Shown: positions 24,266 to 38,114 of the stretch, one piece after another | Layout: every line of letters begins with the position of its first letter | How positions within the stretch are numbered: the first letter of the stretch is position 1 | From: Camelus dromedarius | Taxonomy: Eukaryota | Reading direction: 5' to 3' | NCBI RefSeq assembly: GCF_036321535.1 | Contig: NC_087437.1 | Span: 22,942,001-23,006,000, forward strand | Length of the DNA: 64,000 bases | Position numbers and translations under genes: made by a program | Notes under the pieces: generated by a model | The model's database searches: none | What the model was told of the DNA's origin: nothing | What the model saw: only the letters and a program-made list of their open reading frames with translations

Positions 24266-25099
24266 TCCATCTTAGAGTGGGGATTTGAGTGTTGCGGCCG
24301 CAAGACAGATTCATTTCGTGAGAAAATTTATATTATTTGAGAAAAGAATGTAAGGTCTGATGGGTCCTTGACAAAATATTTTTCTGAAGTTAGAGAAGTA
24401 CAACAAAGGCTTGGCTCTGATCTTTTCCTAAAATGTCAGCTCCGTTATTCATTGTTCATCTTACAAGCCTCAATTCCATGCCTGGCATGGTCCAGGTCTA
24501 TGTCAAGTCTTAAAGAGTCAGAGGAAAATAAGACACTGTTAAGGACTGCAAGGAGCTTATAATTCAGCACTGGTCTCTAACTTCCTTTCCTCCCACACTG
24601 AGGTGGAAGAAGAGCTATCAAAACTAATTTTATTTGTTTCCTAAAAATAAGTAAAACATCAGCTTTATACCATATGGATCAAAGTTGCCCACGTAAATGA
24701 TGTGTAAATCAATATACTTACTTTAGAGATGATGGATATGCAAAAATTTTTACTAATAGGAATGTGTGACCGAAAATGTTTGGAGATACTTTACAGTGAG
24801 AATCTTAAATAAGCTTAGTGAATTTGGAGACTGGTGTTGGGGAAGATAATTTTCATGAACTGATTTAAATATTATAAAGGATTGATTTTCAGATAGAGAG
24901 GGGGAATATTCCCATAGTAGGTCATATTAGATACATTTTTAAGGGAAGAGTATAGTTTGAAAAAAAAAGTGGTATTTTTTTTTCCTATTGCTTCCATTTC
25001 TTTTTGAAAAGTACTACTTAATTTCCAATATAGTTATGGAATGGTGAGAACTTTTGTTTATCACTAAGAGTCACAGACAAAGGAATGAGAAAGAGCTAT

Positions 25100-25330
25100 T
25101 AGTGAGATTTAGAGAAAAGATGGGACTTTGGAATCAACCATTAGGATTTTCACATATTTGCCAGTAACCCTGGTCAAGTCCTTTAAACGGTGGTTAACTC
25201 AGTTTTTTCATCCTTAAAGTAGAGATAACAGTACCAATGTGGTAAGGTTGTGGTGAGAATTAAAGTGAAATAAAGTGTCTGAGCACATCCACACAGTGCC
25301 TGATAGATCCTAGAAGGGGCAATACCTATT
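25100..25330 (+). mobile_element. MIR SINE
   Basis: ctcagttttttcatccttaaagtagagataacagtacc...ggttgtggtgagaattaaa...cacagtgcctg. Confidence 0.7.
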
Positions 25331-25719
25331 AGTGTTCTCTTGAAATAAGACAACTTAATGGTTAAATACCTATCTTACTGTTAAACATTGGCCTTACAGT
25401 TTAAAATTACACCTGAACCCTTCATTCTTTATGAGTAATTTTCATGTTGCCTCAAGTTACTAACTGACTGTTGACATCTTGATAAGATCTTCATATTTGT
25501 TCCATAAAGAAGTACGTACAGCAACTGGTAGCATTGTGTTGAGATGTAAAATTCGGTTATGGATTTAAAAGCAAGTTGAGAGATTAGTAAAACAAGGAAG
25601 AGAAAAAGGCAGGTCACAGCATGAAAAGAAATTAATTGTACAACATCCATACCTTCTACACTGAGAGTTGAAATGTTTATACTTTTAAAGAAATTTCTAC
25701 CATGCTGGGCTGAATGGCC

Positions 25720-26160
25720 AGACAGTTAGCATACCAGATGATAAATTATTTAGTCAGGGCAGAGATGGGAAAGGAGCTTTAAAGACTCCCAGAACATACT
25801 AAATAGATTAGATAATTGTGGAACAAACATAGTTAATTGAGCAAAATAACAGCAGGTGAAATTCAACACAGGCAAGTGTAAAGTAGGGCACACTGAAGAA
25901 TAGGCTGTAAATTACTTACACACATTGTACATTCTTAATTGATTGTAAAACCACTCAGGGCAATGAACTAACAGGTATTGTGAGTCAGGTGAAAAAGCAT
26001 CTTGCCTGGTACATGAAACTCTCCATAGAGTGAAAGAGCATTTTCTTATTAATGGTGTTATCTTAATTCTTTAAAATATTATTTTAGTATTCAACGTAGA
26101 GCACTGCAAAGAGGGATGGGAAAATTCTTGGAAAACAGCAAGTGGAACTGGGGTGGAGGG
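25720..26160 (+). mobile_element. Ancient CR1/L3 LINE reverse-transcriptase fossil
   Basis: Frame from 25838 reads *AK*QQVKFNTGKCKVGH, matching the CR1 RT motif WAxxWQMKFNxxKCKVxH; DD-containing gat gat aaa tta about 120 nt upstream. Confidence 0.6.
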
Positions 26161-26218
26161 ATTTGGAAAGGCACACAAATAAAATTTGTTGAGTATCTAA
26201 CATGTGCCAGGCACTGGG

Positions 26219-27058
26219 TTACCACAGTAAATTGTACTGTTTCCCCCCAATGTTTGCCATCTCTATATCCAGGCCCTTTGTTCTATGGCTTTGCAGTTTT
26301 TTCTACCGGAGGTGGGTGTATTTCCATGCTCTACTAAAGTTGTGCTTGCCATGTGGCTTGCTTTAGTTAATCAGATGTTGGCAGACATGATGTGAACAAA
26401 TGTTTAAATGTGCTTGTGCATGAAATGGGCATGTTCTCATGTGTGTCTGCCACTGCTGTGAGATCATGCCTGGTACGGTAGCTATTGATCTAAGGAGAAT
26501 GAACGCTCCTTGTAAACCACTAAGATTTTGTAGTGATGATTAACTTCTTGTGTCAACTTGACAGGGCCATGAGGTGCCCAGATATTTGGTCAAACATTAT
26601 TCTGGGTGTCTGTGTGTGGGTGAGGGTGTTTCTGGATGATATTTGAATCATTGCACTGAGTGAAGGAGATTGTTCTCCCAATGTAGGTGGGCCTCATCCA
26701 GTCAGTTGAAAGCCTGAATCAAAGAAGAAGGCTGAGACCTGGCAAGTAAGATAGATCTCTTCTTTCCTGACTGCTTGAGCTAGAATATCAGCCTTTTCCT
26801 GTCTTTGGACTCAAAGTGAAACATTGGCTCTTTTTGGGTCTGATGTCTGTAGGCTTTTGGACTGGGACTATATTATCTGAGTCTCCACCTTGCTTGCTTC
26901 AGATCTTGGGATTTCTCAGCTTTCATAATCTCTCTTTCCATATATATGTCTATGTATGTATGTATCTATCATCTGTCTCTTATTGGTTCTGCTTCTCTGG
27001 AGAATACAACAGTTTTCTGTGACAAGGCAATTTGCTATATTAGCATTGAGCTGATACA
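26219..27058 (+). mobile_element. Older MLT1 MaLR LTR, interrupted by MLT2
   Basis: ttgccatgtggcttgctttagttaatcagatgttggcaga, taaaccactaagattt, end gagctgataca. Confidence 0.65.
26529..27008 (+). mobile_element. MLT2 (ERVL) solo LTR
   Basis: tgtgtcaacttgac.gggcca...cccagatatttggtcaaacattattctggg, ggtgggcctcatccagtcagttgaa, tattggttctgcttctctggagaa. Confidence 0.9.
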
Positions 27059-28779
27059 GTTACAATATTTTGTATGTTATCTCACTTAATTCTTATGATT
27101 ATCCTCTGTGGTAGAATATTCTCCCCCCTTTTTTACAGATGCAAAAACTCAGGTTCCAAATGGTTAAATGACTCATCTAAGGTCACATGACAAGTGTAAC
27201 ATGGTGGCACTGGGATTTAAATCTAAGTCTCTCTAGTTTCAAAACACACGTGTTCCTTTCAATATGTTACGTTGTTTTCCAAAACTCAAGGGAGATCACA
27301 AGCAGACAATATTAGAAAGTCAATTATGGTGCAGCTATAGTTCTTGGAGAATTGTTCTAGGCTCGGTTAGTATTAAGCTGGACATCACTTTTTGGTGCTC
27401 CAGGTGTGGAGTCAGCCACCTAGACTGACCCAGTGATCACTCCCGTTGGGCTAAGAAATTATAGATGAGCACCTAGCATCTGAGTTACCTCCCACCTAAA
27501 TGTTACATAAGGAATGGCCTCTCCTTTGTTCTGTCACTGTCTGTTCTCTTTATTCATGACATCCCATGGGTCAGTTTTGTTTTTAATCTATATCCAAGTG
27601 GCCCTGGGAGAGTTCTCATTAGGAGAAATAAATGTCTCAGGCCAGTTGGTATAACCTATGCAGCTTCCTTCCAAATAGCTAGGAAGGAAAAATACTAACC
27701 AACTTCAGAATAACCCTAGAATCTTGTATCTCGTTCATTGTGTATTATATTCTGCTCTAGCCTAATTATAATATTACATAAATAAGAATTTCTGAGTAGA
27801 CAAAGCCAGTGTATTTACTTTGTTTTTTATACTCCAGTTACATGTGACCTAACAAACGAGGTTGCTTAATTCTAGATTTAATAAAAGTGTTTCTTTTTCA
27901 GCTTAAGACTCCTCCTACGTTTGATACAGCTTTTTGTCAGGGGTTAAGAGACAAGATGCTGCCAAGCATAAAATTAAAATTGAAGTCTCAGTTTTATTAC
28001 TTGGTGATGGAGTTAATTTAATGGGGCAGACCTGAACTTTTGAAACTCAAGTTTTCTCTCTTGACACTTAGTGTTATTTTTTCTTCCTCGGAGGTTTTCT
28101 CCATGTCCAGATGTATTTTCCCTTCTCTTTTAAGTATACAGAAACTTGTTATGGAAGAAGACAGATACAATGTGTTCGACTCTACCAGGAATGGGAGAAT
28201 AAATAGCTCATTGTTTATAACTGGAACTATGCAGTCTTGAGAAAATTGATTCTTGTAGTGCGTCCCATTGGATTTCTATGAAGTGTGATTTTTAGTCAGT
28301 GTGAGCACTTCTGAAACAGACCTCTTTTTCCAGAGACATTTATGACTTACTATAAAAACATTTATTAAAGTTTAATAGAAACTTTTTGATCATCCTTTTT
28401 ATTTTTGCATTTCTTTTCTTTTCTTTTCATTTCTTACTGTTTTTCTTTTCTGTTTATAAGAGTAATGTAGGTTATAGAATACTGGAAGGCAAAAGCATAA
28501 AGGATAAAGTTCGCTCATATGTTCATAATATAGACTGAATGATTATATTTTAATTATTTTGTTTTTACCTTTTATCTATGAATATATAATTACATACATT
28601 GCAACCAAATGTATGTATTGCTTTTTTTATTCCTGAGCATTTTCCTGTCTTTATAAACTCTTTGAAAGCACTTATTTATAATTCTGATCTTGAATTTTCT
28701 TTTTGAGGGATGATGATGCTCAAATCCGTAATTTTAATGTCGAGGTAACAGCTCCTTGCCGGACATTTTGACCTGGAAA

Positions 28780-29830
28780 ATCTTCTACCTACTTAAACTC
28801 AATAAGTAAACTATCCTCACCTCCTTCTTCTAGAATATTTTCCCAGTCTCTGTGATAATGGTGCTGAAGTTCTCTTGGTAATGCAGGTGGACAATTTTTG
28901 AATCTTCTTCCTGTCCCTGTTGCTAGTTACTCACCATGCCCCAAGGTACGATCTTGGCAATGTCATTCATATTCTTTCCTCCTTCCCATTCTCATTTGGA
29001 CAATTTCTTAAATAAAGCCTGTAGCAGGGCAGTGCTTGTTCTGTGTTGTGGGAACCACTGCATTCCTCCATTGCCACCTCCCTAGTGTAGACCATCATTA
29101 CCCTACTCTGGATTATTAGAATATACTTTTAATCAGATTCCAGCTCAAGCCAAGGCAAGCTCAAAAGTCCTATAAGGACTTTATAATAATAAATTATATT
29201 CTATAATTTAGAATATCAGTGATGAAAGAAGCTTTCATCTAGGAAAGGAAATGAGGCTTAGAGAGACTAATTTTCTTGAAGTCAAATAACTATAAGTAGC
29301 ACTAGAACAAGGCTATCTAACTCTTATTTTGGAATTCTTTCAATTCCATCACATCTTCCTCAGAGCTCTCTAACTGAGTGTTAAGTAAACACCCAAATCC
29401 TTAGCCAGCAATTCAAGGTCCTCCCCAATCTGACTCCCACTTCACACTTCCAGCTTACCTCTCCTTGTCCTTTGAACACCCCTCACCATTCTACCATGTT
29501 GCTCCTGCCTTTCTCCCCATGTAGAATGGCATCGCAGCCATCATGACGTGCCCACACCCATCTCCATTTGTTGAAAAGCTTCTTATGACTCAAAGCCAAG
29601 CTGTAACCTAGCCTCTTCAGTCATGTCTTTCTTGAAGATTCCTGTTGAAATGCCTTTTTGTCTGCCCTCGAAACTGCAAATCATTTGAGTATACGATAGT
29701 TATCACTTACTGGTAATATAGATTTTACATAAAAGCATAGATTGCAATATCCCTACCAAGTTCTAATGCTCCTTAAGGACAAGGAGAAAGAGTTCTTAAT
29801 CATTATTTCGTTCCAAGTATGTAGAACACA
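28780..29830 (+). mobile_element. Degraded L2 fragments with an internal MIR piece (about 29190-29350)
   Basis: accatcattaccctactctggattatt, attcaaggtcctccccaatctg, gctccttaaggacaagga. Confidence 0.5.
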
Positions 29831-30934
29831 GCCTCCTCTGTAGTTCAGGATCGTGAAATCTTTTTTTTTATGTATAAGTCATCTATCTGTTTAGAGACAG
29901 ATATTCATTACAATTATATTCACAAAAAACATTCTAATAGTATGCAAATTATGACAAAATTACTGAATTATTTAATTTGATGTTCCATGTTAGGGTGTGT
30001 ATACCACAAGCAGTGCATGATGTTGGAATGTGAGAAGAAAGTTTTAAAACTTTTATAAATGTTTATTTACCTCTTGATATTTAAAAATATTGCTGTTTCT
30101 TGTGTAGGTTTTATATATAATTTATTACTAAAGAAGCACATGTAGACAATTTACAAATGAATTTATTTGTAAACTGGATACGAAGGATATATAGGAGGAT
30201 ATGAAATAAAAGTTTTATAGTGCTGAGATGCAATCAGAAATCCAAGGAGAGGAGTTTCATTTCTGGCAGTGGCTGACTGGACTCTTCTGGACAATCCTCC
30301 CATTATTATAGTTTCCCCAAATAGCTTCCTATGGCTTTAAAAAAATCAGGGAAGTTTCTTATGGCCCTGTGTTCAAAATAAATATGTACACTAGCTTAAG
30401 TTGTGGTGCCAATTCTCATCTTTAAGAAAATCCAGTCTCCATAGTGAATCAGGCAAAACTGAGAGTTGATCTTTATCTTGAGTCTAGTCATGTTTTGCTG
30501 GTTCATCACAGATAAACCAGGAAATAAGAAAATATATTGGCACCTCTCCTGCCGTGAAGAGGCTCCTCGTGCGTAGACTGCACTGGTGCCCCAGCCGCTG
30601 AGTGCAGGATACCAAAGTTTGCATCTCTAGACATAATCAGGTTCCAGCTGCACACTGTTGCACTGTTGTTACGCTGATGATGTAAACCAACATCAACCAC
30701 CCCGTGTGCTTCATTTTTAGGAAAAGTCAATAAGTAATAAGTAAAGACTGTTTTTAAGTCAAATGATCTGCTTATGTATTCTTTAAAATTTTTTTTTTAT
30801 ATGTGCTTTTCCCTGGATAGAATTGTATATTGTGGGAATTTTTTCCAGCTTATGATAATTACTGCTACATTTTGTGAGATAAATATTGAAGCAAACTTTT
30901 TAGTTTTATGAGGCATCTATCATAACAATTTACA

Positions 30935-31840
30935 AATGTTTTATTTAATTTTGAATAAGCAATGCATCCATATAGTTAAATACTCTAAAAAATTAGTAAA
31001 TTCACAGTGAAAAAAATGTTTCTCCCAACTCTGTCTCCCAGTTGTCAAGTTTTCTTCCACACTGGGAGTCAGGATAATTAGTTTCTAAGCTGTTCGTGAA
31101 ATGTTAAGGTGAATTCGAGCAAACATTGTAAACTGCTTTTCTTGAGCAAATGTTATCATACTGTGTTCATTCTTTTGGACTGTGCTTCTTTGAGATATTT
31201 TCACATCAGTATATATATCAGCACCTCAGTTTTTCTTTTTTCTTTGCTTTTCCTCAGGTATGCTATTTCTCTGTGTGTATGCAGTATACCTATTTTTTTA
31301 AAACAATCTTCTATTGACAGATATTTCCAGTATTTTATTAAAAAAAAATAACTGTGCAGTGAATTATCTTGTTACCAGGGATACATTTATAAGATAATAT
31401 CTTAAAATTGACTTTGCTGTCTCAGAAGGCATGTGCATTTGTGATGTGGAGAGCTGCCAGCTCCTTACCCTCCACAGGGGTCTCCCCAGCTCCATTTCCA
31501 TAGCAGGTACACATGGGGCCTGCTTTCTGGAGGTTTTGCCCATAGAGAGCATTACCAAACTTTTGGATCTTTTCTGGTCTAATGGGTAAAAAGTAGTATC
31601 ACAGTGTATTTTTAATGTGAATTGCTCTCTGTGCCATCTTCATATACTTAAGAATCATTAGTATTTCTTCTTTCAGGATGTGTTTCTTTATGAACTTTAC
31701 CAGTTTTTTTAATTTGATTTTTTTCTTTCCAATTTGAAGGAGACTTCCTTCTTTTATATAACTTCCTTTATATATATATATATAGCCCTTTTCTATATGA
31801 ACTGCAGTTTTTATTTTTGCAAGTTTGTTTTCTGTTCATT
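30935..31840 (-). mobile_element. Old L1 (L1ME-like) 3' fragment
   Basis: tttgagatattttcacatcagtatatat, cttctattgacagatattt, cattaccaaacttttggatcttt. Confidence 0.65.
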
Positions 31841-32079
31841 TCAGTTTTATCTGAAATGCCTTTGTAGCATTAAACCACCAAGTTCCTAAATAAAAACAAG
31901 GAATACAACAAAGGGAAGAAAAATTTGAAGAGAAAGATACATTTTCATGCAGAACAATGAACAGTATGTTGAAAAGTGTCATGTGGAACTTACGAAATTT
32001 CTTATTTTCCAAATGAGGACCTTGTGGCTCAGAGATGTTACAAACCACACCCCGTCATACAGCAGTGTAGTGGTAGACT

Positions 32080-32591
32080 ATACAGTGGGCATTGTTGTTT
32101 ACCAAGGCCTTTCACTCTTCCTTGGTGGCTGATCCTACATTTCTAGGATTTTACCCCTAATGCATTGACCCAGAACTAATCCTGATTGGTCTCAGCCTTA
32201 AGAAGAAGCATGTAAACCTTGTTGGAAACTAGCCAATGAAGAGGGGAAGTCTGTTGAGGGGCTTCTTGTAAATGTTCCCTGGCTCCACACACAGGGCTGA
32301 CAGCCTCCTTTTTTCAGCTATGCATTACCAATTGAGATTTGAAACCTAGAACTAAGGCAGCCACCTTGTCACCATGAGGGGCTAACCTGAAGAGAGGGGC
32401 GTTCTGAGGACGGCAGAGCAGAGAGATGGAAATTGCTGGGGTTCTGGGAGATGTTGTTGAACTGCTGAGTTAACCAATGATGGAGACTTTCTGCCTTGGA
32501 TTTCTAGGTGTACAATGCAGTAATTCTTACTTACTTTTAAGCTAGTTGAGTTGGGGTTTTCTATCACGTGCAGCTTAAGCTTTCTGATACA
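32080..32591 (+). mobile_element. Older MLT1 (J/K/L-like) MaLR LTR
   Basis: ggcagccaccttgtcaccatgagg, gaggacggcagagcagagagatggaa, gagttggggttttctatcac, end ctgataca. Confidence 0.75.
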
Positions 32592-33382
32592 ACCTGCTAC
32601 TTAAATCTCCTATTCCAAGCTAAGTGACATTTTGAATACATTGTGTTCTCTACATGTAGATACCAGATATTAAAATCTTATCATTTTCATGAGAAGGATA
32701 TTGGAAAGCCTTTTCCCCCCTTATGATAAAATCAGGTGTAGAAATACATATTTAAAAAGTTAAATGAAATGCAAAATTCTTTACCATGATCGTACTTCAA
32801 GCAGGCTAAGTCACTTGTTCTTTATGGTAATGACTTTTCAAAATGTGTGGAAAAGTTTTGCTTCTTTGTGACATTGAAGTCAAAGATGATTCTGATATTT
32901 TCATTTGGTGTTCACTTACTGTAAAAGAGCACACCTGTCTTATTTTGTCTCATCATCCTCCTGTTCTGTCAGTTGGATGTATGATATAAAATATGAACCT
33001 TCTGTGCAGCACTTGAGACCCTCCAAACTGAGCCTCAATTTACCTCTCCTACCCCATTTTTTACTATATTTCTTGATTTATCCTTTGTGCCAACAAGCCT
33101 GAATTACTGTCCTTCCCTCCCTTGGCCTCTGCGTGTCCTTGCTGCTGTGTTCACCTCATGTTGTTACTTCCTTCTCTTTGTGGGGCATGGCTTATGTCTG
33201 TGCTTGAAGTCCAAATCCTGTCTCTCTTATTTCCAATTCCATCTTCTCTGTGAAATTTTACATGTTACCCCCTTTCTCTGCTCTCAACTCAGCTGAAAGT
33301 AGTATTCCTTATTCTGAACTCCCAAAGCAATTTATCTTTACCTCTTTAATAAATTGATACCTAGTATTTAATCTTTATTTTT

Positions 33383-33531
33383 AATTTTTTAATTTTTTTT
33401 TTATTATTTGTGGTTTTTTTTGGGGGGGGAGTGGTAATTTGGTTGGTTTGATTGTTTATTTTAATGGAGGTACTGGGGATTGAACCTAAGACCTCATGCA
33501 TGCTAAACACGCACTCTACCACTTGAGCTCC
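33383..33531 (-). mobile_element. tRNA-derived camelid SINE (Vic-1-like), 5' end clipped
   Basis: ggaggtactggggattgaacc...catgctaaacacgcactctaccacttgagct; perfect 14-bp TSD taatctttattttt (33369-33382 / 33532-33545). Confidence 0.92.
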
Positions 33532-34259
33532 TAATCTTTATTTTTTAAATGTATTTTTCTTCTCCCTGCTTTCCTCTGCTTTTTAAATATTTCTAAATTT
33601 GCAAGTATGACTTCAGAAATGGAAATACCTAAATAATCTTGAGTTTCCTGACTACCGTCTAAGCTCCTTAGGGAAATATTTATATTTGTTTCATATTTAT
33701 GACTCTCCAATAGTGCTAACACTGAGCCTTGCCCACAGTGTTTGCAGAATAAATATATTGGATATTCTGTCATATTTTCCCCACTTTTACAGCTTACTTA
33801 TTTGTACTTGTATCAACTCAAGTAGCCATCAGTAAATCTCCAGAGCAGTGTCCCAGGGATGAAAAGCAAGGAGTCAGTCACACTCCGTAATTCTTCAAAA
33901 AGGAGAGGATTTCAGTAGTGTCAGGTAGTGTTGGTCAGAGTAACTACAGCTGCTGCTTTTGCTAGCCATAGGAGGAGCCAATAATTAAAACTTGTATTTT
34001 TTTTTTATCTGAATCACTGCCCACCTCTGTCCTGTTTGCCGCAGGACATCCTAGGAGAACAAAAGGACTCTAAGGAATAAGTCTACTAAGTTATTGAATT
34101 TTATTAGCTTTTTGGGGAGTTGTAGGCTATAATTATTTGCCTCGCAGTAGACTGATCATAATGTGCTTTTAAAATTTACATATTTCCCTAGTAATATAAT
34201 TAATTTATATTATATTCCAGGTTAAAAATTCCTTCTGAACAAAAATGTTTATTTCCCCT

Positions 34260-34689
34260 TGTTTCAGTACAGGTCCCCCAGGAAGCAGAAGCTAAGACAG
34301 TAGGAAGTACAGGGCATTTATTGGGGGCTACATCTATGAAGGATAAAGGGAAAAGGGAGCAGGGGGAGGCAGGGACGGTCTTCTATGACTTAAGAGTGGG
34401 AAGAAGGGAGGATTGGGTTGGAAGAGCCCTAGACTGTGGTGCAGCTTCAAGAAACTCTTGTCCAGACCAACCAGAAGCTCAGTACGAAGATGGCGTATGG
34501 AGAAGGTCCACGGTGGGCAGAAACTGCTGCATCCTAGCACGCCCTCTGAACTCAGTCATTGACTGGGGGTGAATACTGTGGTAAATTGACAAGGTGCTGC
34601 TCCTGGGTGCTGTCAGCCGCCTGCACTTCTTGAAGCAGGTTCTCTCTTGAAGGAAAAGCTGAGTGGCTCCCTCCATGTTTAGGGCCACA
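34260..34689 (-). mobile_element. LTR16-like ERVL solo LTR
   Basis: ggtcccccaggaagcagaagctaagac...atttattggggg, ctcagtcattgactggg, end gggccaca. Confidence 0.7.
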
Positions 34690-35088
34690 CTAAAAATAGT
34701 ATCACATATGGTCTTGCAGAGAGCAGAACATGGCTCAAGAAAAATGAGTGTATAAATTGAAACGCCATGATTTTTTTTTCTCAGTGCTTCTGTCAATGTG
34801 CTTCAGGCTATGGCCCATTTGAGAGAGTGACAGAGAATCCAAGTCTTTCTCACTCCTCAGGCTATGGTTCTTCCACTGTCCAAGACGCCCTGCCTGATGG
34901 TTTTCACACAAGTTAATATATACTTAGTATATGCAGGTTAAAATTTAAGCTCCATGCAAGAAATGAAGAGGGGCAAGAGATAAGTTTTATTGAGTCTTTC
35001 TTTACTGCATCACTGTATTATTTCAAATACTTTAAAGTGGAACGTGGCATCTCTTTAATTCTAGCACATAGAATTTGACTGGGGAAGA

Positions 35089-35907
35089 CAGCAGTCTCCC
35101 CTTATCCCTGGTTTCACTTGCTGTGGTTTCAGTTAACCCAAATCAACTGCAGGTTGAAAATATTAAACGGAAAATTCCAGAAATAAGCAATTCATAGGTT
35201 TCAAATTGTGTGTCATTCTGAGTAGAGTGATGAATCTTGCACCATCCTGCTCCATCCCACCTGGGATGGGAACCATCCCTTTGTCCAGGGTTTCCCACTG
35301 CTGAGTCACTTCGTAGCTGTCTGGGTTACCACAGGGACTGCTGTAGTTTCTCAGTGCTTGTGTTCAAGTCACCCTTCCTTTACCTGATAATGGCCCCAAA
35401 GAGGAGTGATGCTGGCATCAGATATGCCAAAGAGAAACTGTTAAATGTTTTTTTCAAATGAAAAGATGAAAGTTCCCAACCTATTAAGGAAAGAAAAAAA
35501 TCATATGTTGAGATTGCTAAGATCTATGGTAAGAACAAATCTTCTGTCCATGAAACTGTGAAGAAGGAAAAAGAAATTTCTGCTAGCTTTGCTGTTGTGC
35601 CTCACACTGCAAAAGTTGTGGCTTCAGTGCACTGATGATAAGTGCTTAGTTAAGATGGAAGAGGCATTAAATTTGTATAATAAGTTACTTCGGAAAAGGG
35701 GAGTATTCACGTAACTTTTATTACGATACATTGTTATAATTGTCTTATTATTGTTGTTGTTTATCTCTTACTGTGCCAAATTTATAAATTAAATTTCATC
35801 ATAGTTATGTATGTATAGGAAAAAAATATAGTATATGTGGGGTTTTACACTAGTAGTTTCAGGCATCCGCTAAGGGTCTTGAAACATATCCCCTGTGGAT
35901 AATACTG
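35089..35907 (+). mobile_element. MER44-like (Tigger7-derived) TcMar DNA transposon
   Basis: Left TIR cagcagtctccccttatcc; aaaatattaaacggaaaattccagaaataa; transposase N-terminal remnant (atggccccaaag, ttgctaagatctatggtaagaac); right end atcccctgtggataa..actg. Confidence 0.85.
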
Positions 35908-37621
35908 CATTAACAAGGTTTTGTTACATGTCATGCCAATCAGAGTAGTTAATGTGTACACATTTGAAACAAATACATTTTATGAATTTTTGTTAAAAGA
36001 GCTAGCTATATTTTTCCTTCCAGTTGGCTGAACACTTTGGGTATTTATCTCTTCCTTTAATAATTTAATATTATCATCCACTGACAGGTCTTTAAATTCA
36101 CATCAACTGAAGCATTTCTTTAGAATCCACAAGTATGTGGTGTGAAAAAGAATTAATACTTAGTGGAAATTAAAAATACTGTTCAGAGTTTGTTAAAAGG
36201 AAGCTATTTCACAAGTCAGGAAACCATTTTATATTTATGGTACTCTGTCCAATAAATTGTGGTTTTGAAACAAATTCTGGCCTTTTTGTGACAGATACAG
36301 TTTAAAAATTACAGATTACTAGTAAATTCTTAGCATTTTTTATTTTGAAATATTTAAATGATAACAAAGTAGTAAGCAACATAAAGAACACCTGTGTACC
36401 CATCACATTGCTCTACCAAATTCCAACATTATGCTCTTCTTGCTTCATATTATTCTTGAAACAAAATGTCACAAATACAGTTGAAACACTTCTTGTAACA
36501 CTGCTAGAACCCATTCCCCTCCCTCATTTTTAAGGAGTGATCTCTGCCATGAATTTGGTGTTTACTATTATCATTCACATTTTTATACTTTATTCCATTT
36601 ATTTATGCATGTGTATGCTGCCTCCACACACAAATACATAATTAACATTTAATGTGTTGTTGCATGTGTTCAAAGTTTGTGTAAATAGTATCAGATTATA
36701 CACTTTATTTCTAAGATTTATCTATTTTAATAACATGTTAACTTATATGGGATCTAGACGTCATTCATTTTAGCATTATGTAATAAACTATTGAATGCAT
36801 ATTGAATGTATCATATGTTAGGAATTCAATCTCCTTGATTGGTAGGAGCTTGGTTCTAATTTTCACAATTAGAAAAATGCTGCTATGTTTGTTCTTTCTT
36901 ATATTTCGTGTTCATAGGTAGGAGCGTTTCTCTAGGGAGTCAGCCAAGAATGGAAATGCTGGTTTGAAGTGCATGTGCATCTTCAACTTTCACTAAAAAC
37001 TACCAAGTTTTCTTTGATGTGGTTGCATCATTTTTGTTATCACAAAAATGGAATTATTAGGTTATTTTTGCTTTTTCTAATGCAATGGATAGGAAACAGC
37101 ATAACATTGTCTTAAATTTTATTTTCCTGATTACTAGAGATTGAACAATTATTACATTTTTATTAGCCACTTAATGTTTCCTCTTCTGTGAATTCCTTGT
37201 TGATATCCTTTGCCTACTTTTCTATTTGGCTGTCTTTTTCTTACCAATTTGAAGAGATTCTTTAAATACACATCCTAGGCCTTTGCTATTTATTTTATTA
37301 CAAATATTTTTTCCAGTCTATTTTGTCTTGGAACTTTGATTCTGGTTCCTTTTTTGAAAGAACAGTTTTCACTTTTAGGTAACTGAATTTATTAATTTGC
37401 CATAATAGTATGCGTTTGATGTGTGTTGTGTGTTGTGTTTTCTACCCTAAAGCAACAAAAATATTCTATTTTTTTCTAACTGAAAGTTTTACTGCTTTAC
37501 ATTGAAGTCTTTAATTCATATAGAATTAATATTTGGAGTGAAGTGAGTGGAATCTGATTTTTTTCATGTGGATAATTATTTGTCCCAGCATCACATTTAG
37601 AATAGCTCTCTCTTACTCCGC

Positions 37622-38114
37622 TGCAGTGGTTAATTTTATGTCAACTTGGCTAGGCCACAGTACGGAGATATTTGGTGAAACAGTATTCTAAATATTCCTG
37701 TAAAGGTATTTTTCAATCTAAGATTAACATTTAAACAATAGAATTTGAGTAAAGCAGATTACCCCCCATAATGTAAGTAGGCCTCTTCCAGTCCACTGAA
37801 GCCATTAGCAAAACGCTGACCTCTCTAATAGAGATTCTGCTGGCAGATGACTTCAGACTCAGACTGCAGCATCAACTCTTCCCTGGCTCTCCAACACCTT
37901 GGCCAACCCTGAAGACTGGACTTATCAGCCTATACAACTGTGTGAGCCAATTTTTAGAAACAAATCAATCTCTTTCTTCACCCCTCCACTTTCTTTTTCT
38001 TCTTCTCTCTCTCACTATAGAGATGGATAGATAGATAAATATATAGGTAGATACAGATACAGACAAACACACATGTTATTGGTTCTGTTTTTCTGGAGAA
38101 CCCTGACTTATGCA
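37622..38114 (+). mobile_element. MLT2 (ERVL) solo LTR
   Basis: tgcagtggttaattttatgtcaacttggctaggcc...ttggttctgtttttctggagaaccctgacttatgca. Confidence 0.9.

Larger units (their letters stand above)
26180..27260 (-). mobile_element. MIR split into about 26180-26218 and 27060-27260 by MLT1/MLT2 insertions
   Basis: Left ttgagtatctaacatgtgccaggcactg; right atctcacttaattctt...ttttacagatgcaaaaactcagg...aaggtcaca...gggatttaaatc. Confidence 0.7.

Noticed and set aside
27890..28240. Possible coding exons (LKTPPTFDTAF..., IQKLVMEEDRY...)
   Set aside because: Short frames ending in stops, no convincing donor, no recognisable protein.
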